Source: Dictyostelium discoideum (taxonomy: Eukaryota). Taken from it: a stretch of 64,000 nt of DNA. The stretch lies in the NCBI GenBank assembly GCA_000004695.1, contig CM000153.2, forward strand, positions 4,672,001-4,736,000, written 5' to 3'. How positions within the stretch are numbered: the stretch's first letter is position 1; every line of letters begins with the position of its first letter. The translations under genes were made by a program, and so were the position numbers. The notes under the pieces are model-generated. The model was not told the DNA's origin, did no database searches, and was given only the letters and a program-made list of their open reading frames with translations. Shown piece by piece: positions 61,890 to 64,000 of the stretch.

Positions 61890-63420
61890 TTAACTTGAGC
61901 TATTTGAAGAAGTTTCACTGTCATTTGCGCTTGCATTACTATTTTCAATTTTTTCTGCTTCAACCTTTGGAGCTGAATTTTCTTCTGATACTTGTGTAGT
62001 TGTTGATGGGTTTGATTCTTGTTGTACAGGGTTTGATTGAGATGATGCTAAAGATATATTATTTTTGGTGGTGGTAGTTGTGGCGTTATTACTATTACTA
62101 CTATTTAAATTATTATTGTTATTATTATTTTGTGGTGCGTCTGATGCTACAACTGTAATATTATCGTGATGAGAGGAAGATGTTGCTACATTATTTGAGG
62201 ATTGTGGATAATGTTGATTGTTTGTTTGTTCTTCAGCAGAAGCAACAACGGTTGTATGGGATTGTTGTTGATCAAGTTGATCAAATGTTAATTCGACATG
62301 GAAATCCTCTGGGAAAGCTTTATGGTTCTTATCTTTGTGTGCTTTATCGAGACCACTCTTTGGAATAATTTCGAGTTGTTGTACGAATGAAGTGTTTACC
62401 CAAAACATAAACATACGATCATCTTGTTTGTTTGTAAATTCGATTCTAATATCACCAGCCAATGACAAAGCTCCAATCTCAAAGGAGATATATTCATCAT
62501 TACCAATTGTATTACCATCAGCTAAATCACTTAAACTAAATTGACTTCCACCTAATTGATGAAGTGTATTACCATTAACTGTACCAACATTACTACCACT
62601 ACTAATTGTACCACTAGCACTTAATGATTGCATATTTGGTGATGATTGTCCTTGTTGTGATTGTGAAAGTGATGATTGTGATTGTTGTTGTTGTTGACTA
62701 TCTATATTTTTTTCACTATTTTCTTTTGTTAATTTTTTCTTTGGATCCTTTTTATTTTTATCTACAACTGTTTTCTTTTTCTTTGAGATTACAACGTTCA
62801 TATTATGTTCTTTACTATTGAATACACAATTCTTACCAACGGATATATTGAATTGAACTTCTGATAAATTAATTTCTTTTGGTAATGGTCTTAATACAAT
62901 TTTCTTTAGAGTGACATTACGTGGTACATATTTGATTGACTCTCTAATGGATCTGCCAAAGTAACCTACATATCTAATTTGAGATGGAATTGTAACACCC
63001 TTTTGATTGTATGTACGTAATGCTGCATAAAATCTTAAGGAATCCTCTGTATTCTTCCACATACCACAATACATTAACCAACAACAAATCATAAGACCTG
63101 TACGACCTTTACCTGCTTTACAATGAATTACTGCAATGTTCTTTGAATCCTCCTTCATCCATGCATCTACATCCCTACAAAATGCATCGATCATTTCAAA
63201 TTGTGGTGCATTATGATCATCGAATGGGTAATATCCAACACGACCATAAAACTTTGAATGGTCATAAACACGTTCTGAACATAAATTATATACTTTGAAA
63301 TGATCTTTATGATATTGATCTAAAAATCTTTGTACATCTTTCATTGGATTTCTAAAAACACCTTCAACTTTTTCACTTGGAAATCCCATTGCAACAATAT
63401 TATCAGTAATATCTATATTA

Positions 63421-63476
<56 letters not shown>

Positions 63477-63608
63477 TATATATTAGTAATTATAAATACA
63501 TTATGAAAAAAAAAAAAAAAAAATACTTACATGCTAAATCTAAATCGTAACCATTTTTTTGATATCTTCTCTTTTGTTTAGAGACTGCAACTCTTAATAA
63601 ATTACTCA
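61890..63608 (-). CDS. pten: PTEN phosphatidylinositol-3,4,5-trisphosphate 3-phosphatase (phosphatase plus C2 domain, Gln/Asn/Ser-rich tail). Two exons: 63608..63530 and 63412..61890.
   Basis: Exon 1 MSNLLRVAVSKQKRRYQKNGYDLDLAY ends at donor GTAAGT. Exon 2 ITDNIVAMGFPSEKVEGVFRNPMKDVQRFLDQYHKDHFKVYNLCSERVYD…FDDHNAPQFEMI…IHCKAGKGRTGLMICCWLMY… carries the HCKAGKGRTG P-loop. TIPSQIRYVGYF and the C2 region follow. Confidence 0.9.
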
Positions 63609-64000
63609 TTTCTATTTGTTTTCCCTACTTTTTTCTTTTTTTTTTTTATTCTGTTATTATTTTAATTTCTTTTTTATTTTTATTTTTATTTTTATTTTTA
63701 TTTTTATTTTTATTTTTATTTTTTTTTTTTGAGGGGCAAAAAAAAAAAAAAAAGTAATGTTAGAAAATTTATTTGATTTTTTATATTATACAAAGAAATA
63801 AATAATAAAAAAATAAAATAAAAGTAATAATATAATATAAACAACAAATAATATGATAGTGTGTTGATGTTAATATTGGAGAGAAATAAAAAATTTAAAA
63901 TAAAAAAAAAAAAAATTGAAAAAAAAAATAATAAAAAAATATTTTAGTGTGTGGTGTATATGGCAAAAGATATAATATTATTTTAAATAAATAAATATAA

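Noticed and set aside
1-64000. A prokaryotic-style defence or mobile island (CRISPR, toxin-antitoxin, restriction systems).
   Set aside because: All sequence hallmarks are eukaryotic (Dictyostelium): spliceosomal introns, poly-N/Q proteins, pol-III tRNA with TRE elements, and about 80% A+T.

Overview
The window is eukaryotic, not prokaryotic: 64 kb of dictyostelid nuclear DNA, most likely Dictyostelium discoideum. Evidence for that assignment is about 78-80% A+T, long poly(A)/poly(T) intergenic tracts, abundant poly-Asn/Gln coding runs, short GTAAGT...(T/A)AG introns, and a tRNA gene flanked by tRNA-targeted non-LTR retroelements (TRE5-like upstream, TRE3-like downstream). Prokaryotic feature classes (CRISPR, operons, defence islands) therefore do not apply.

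I model about 25 protein-coding genes, most on the minus strand. Those I recognise are:
- a PXMP4/Tim17-like C-terminal fragment;
- a cbEGF-type membrane protein;
- glutamine-fructose-6-phosphate amidotransferase (GFAT);
- the RhoBTB protein RacA;
- an NmrA-like oxidoreductase;
- two tandem frizzled/smoothened-like (fsl) 7TM receptor genes;
- an RCC1-repeat protein;
- an SLC26/SulP-STAS transporter whose ORF continues into a Mei2-type RRM;
- a giant PARP4/vault-PARP-like protein;
- TSG101/Vps23;
- a cyclin of the L/K/T group;
- a secreted GS-repeat/EGF-like protein;
- a SAP-domain protein;
- a FANCJ/BRIP1-like Fe-S helicase;
- PTEN.
Several Dictyostelium-specific low-complexity hypothetical proteins complete the set.

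Mobile DNA comprises a degenerate intron-containing Harbinger/PIF-like (DDE_Tnp_4) transposase, a TRE5-like retroelement 46 bp upstream of tRNA-Ala(UGC), and a TRE3-like retroelement just downstream of that tRNA. Both retroelements have target-site duplications.

The observations most worth a second look are:
1. the PARP4-like protein carrying an RNA-Pol-II-CTD-like YSPTSPS heptad array and four ribosomal P-stalk C-terminal-like DxDMGFGLFD motifs;
2. the SulP-RRM_2 fusion ORF;
3. an in-frame TAA inside the TSG101 coding region;
4. a 41-residue extension ahead of the obligate N-terminal Cys of GFAT;
5. the tRNA-Ala with an apparent 23-nt intron.

Splice-site coordinates were placed by eye and may be off by a few nucleotides.
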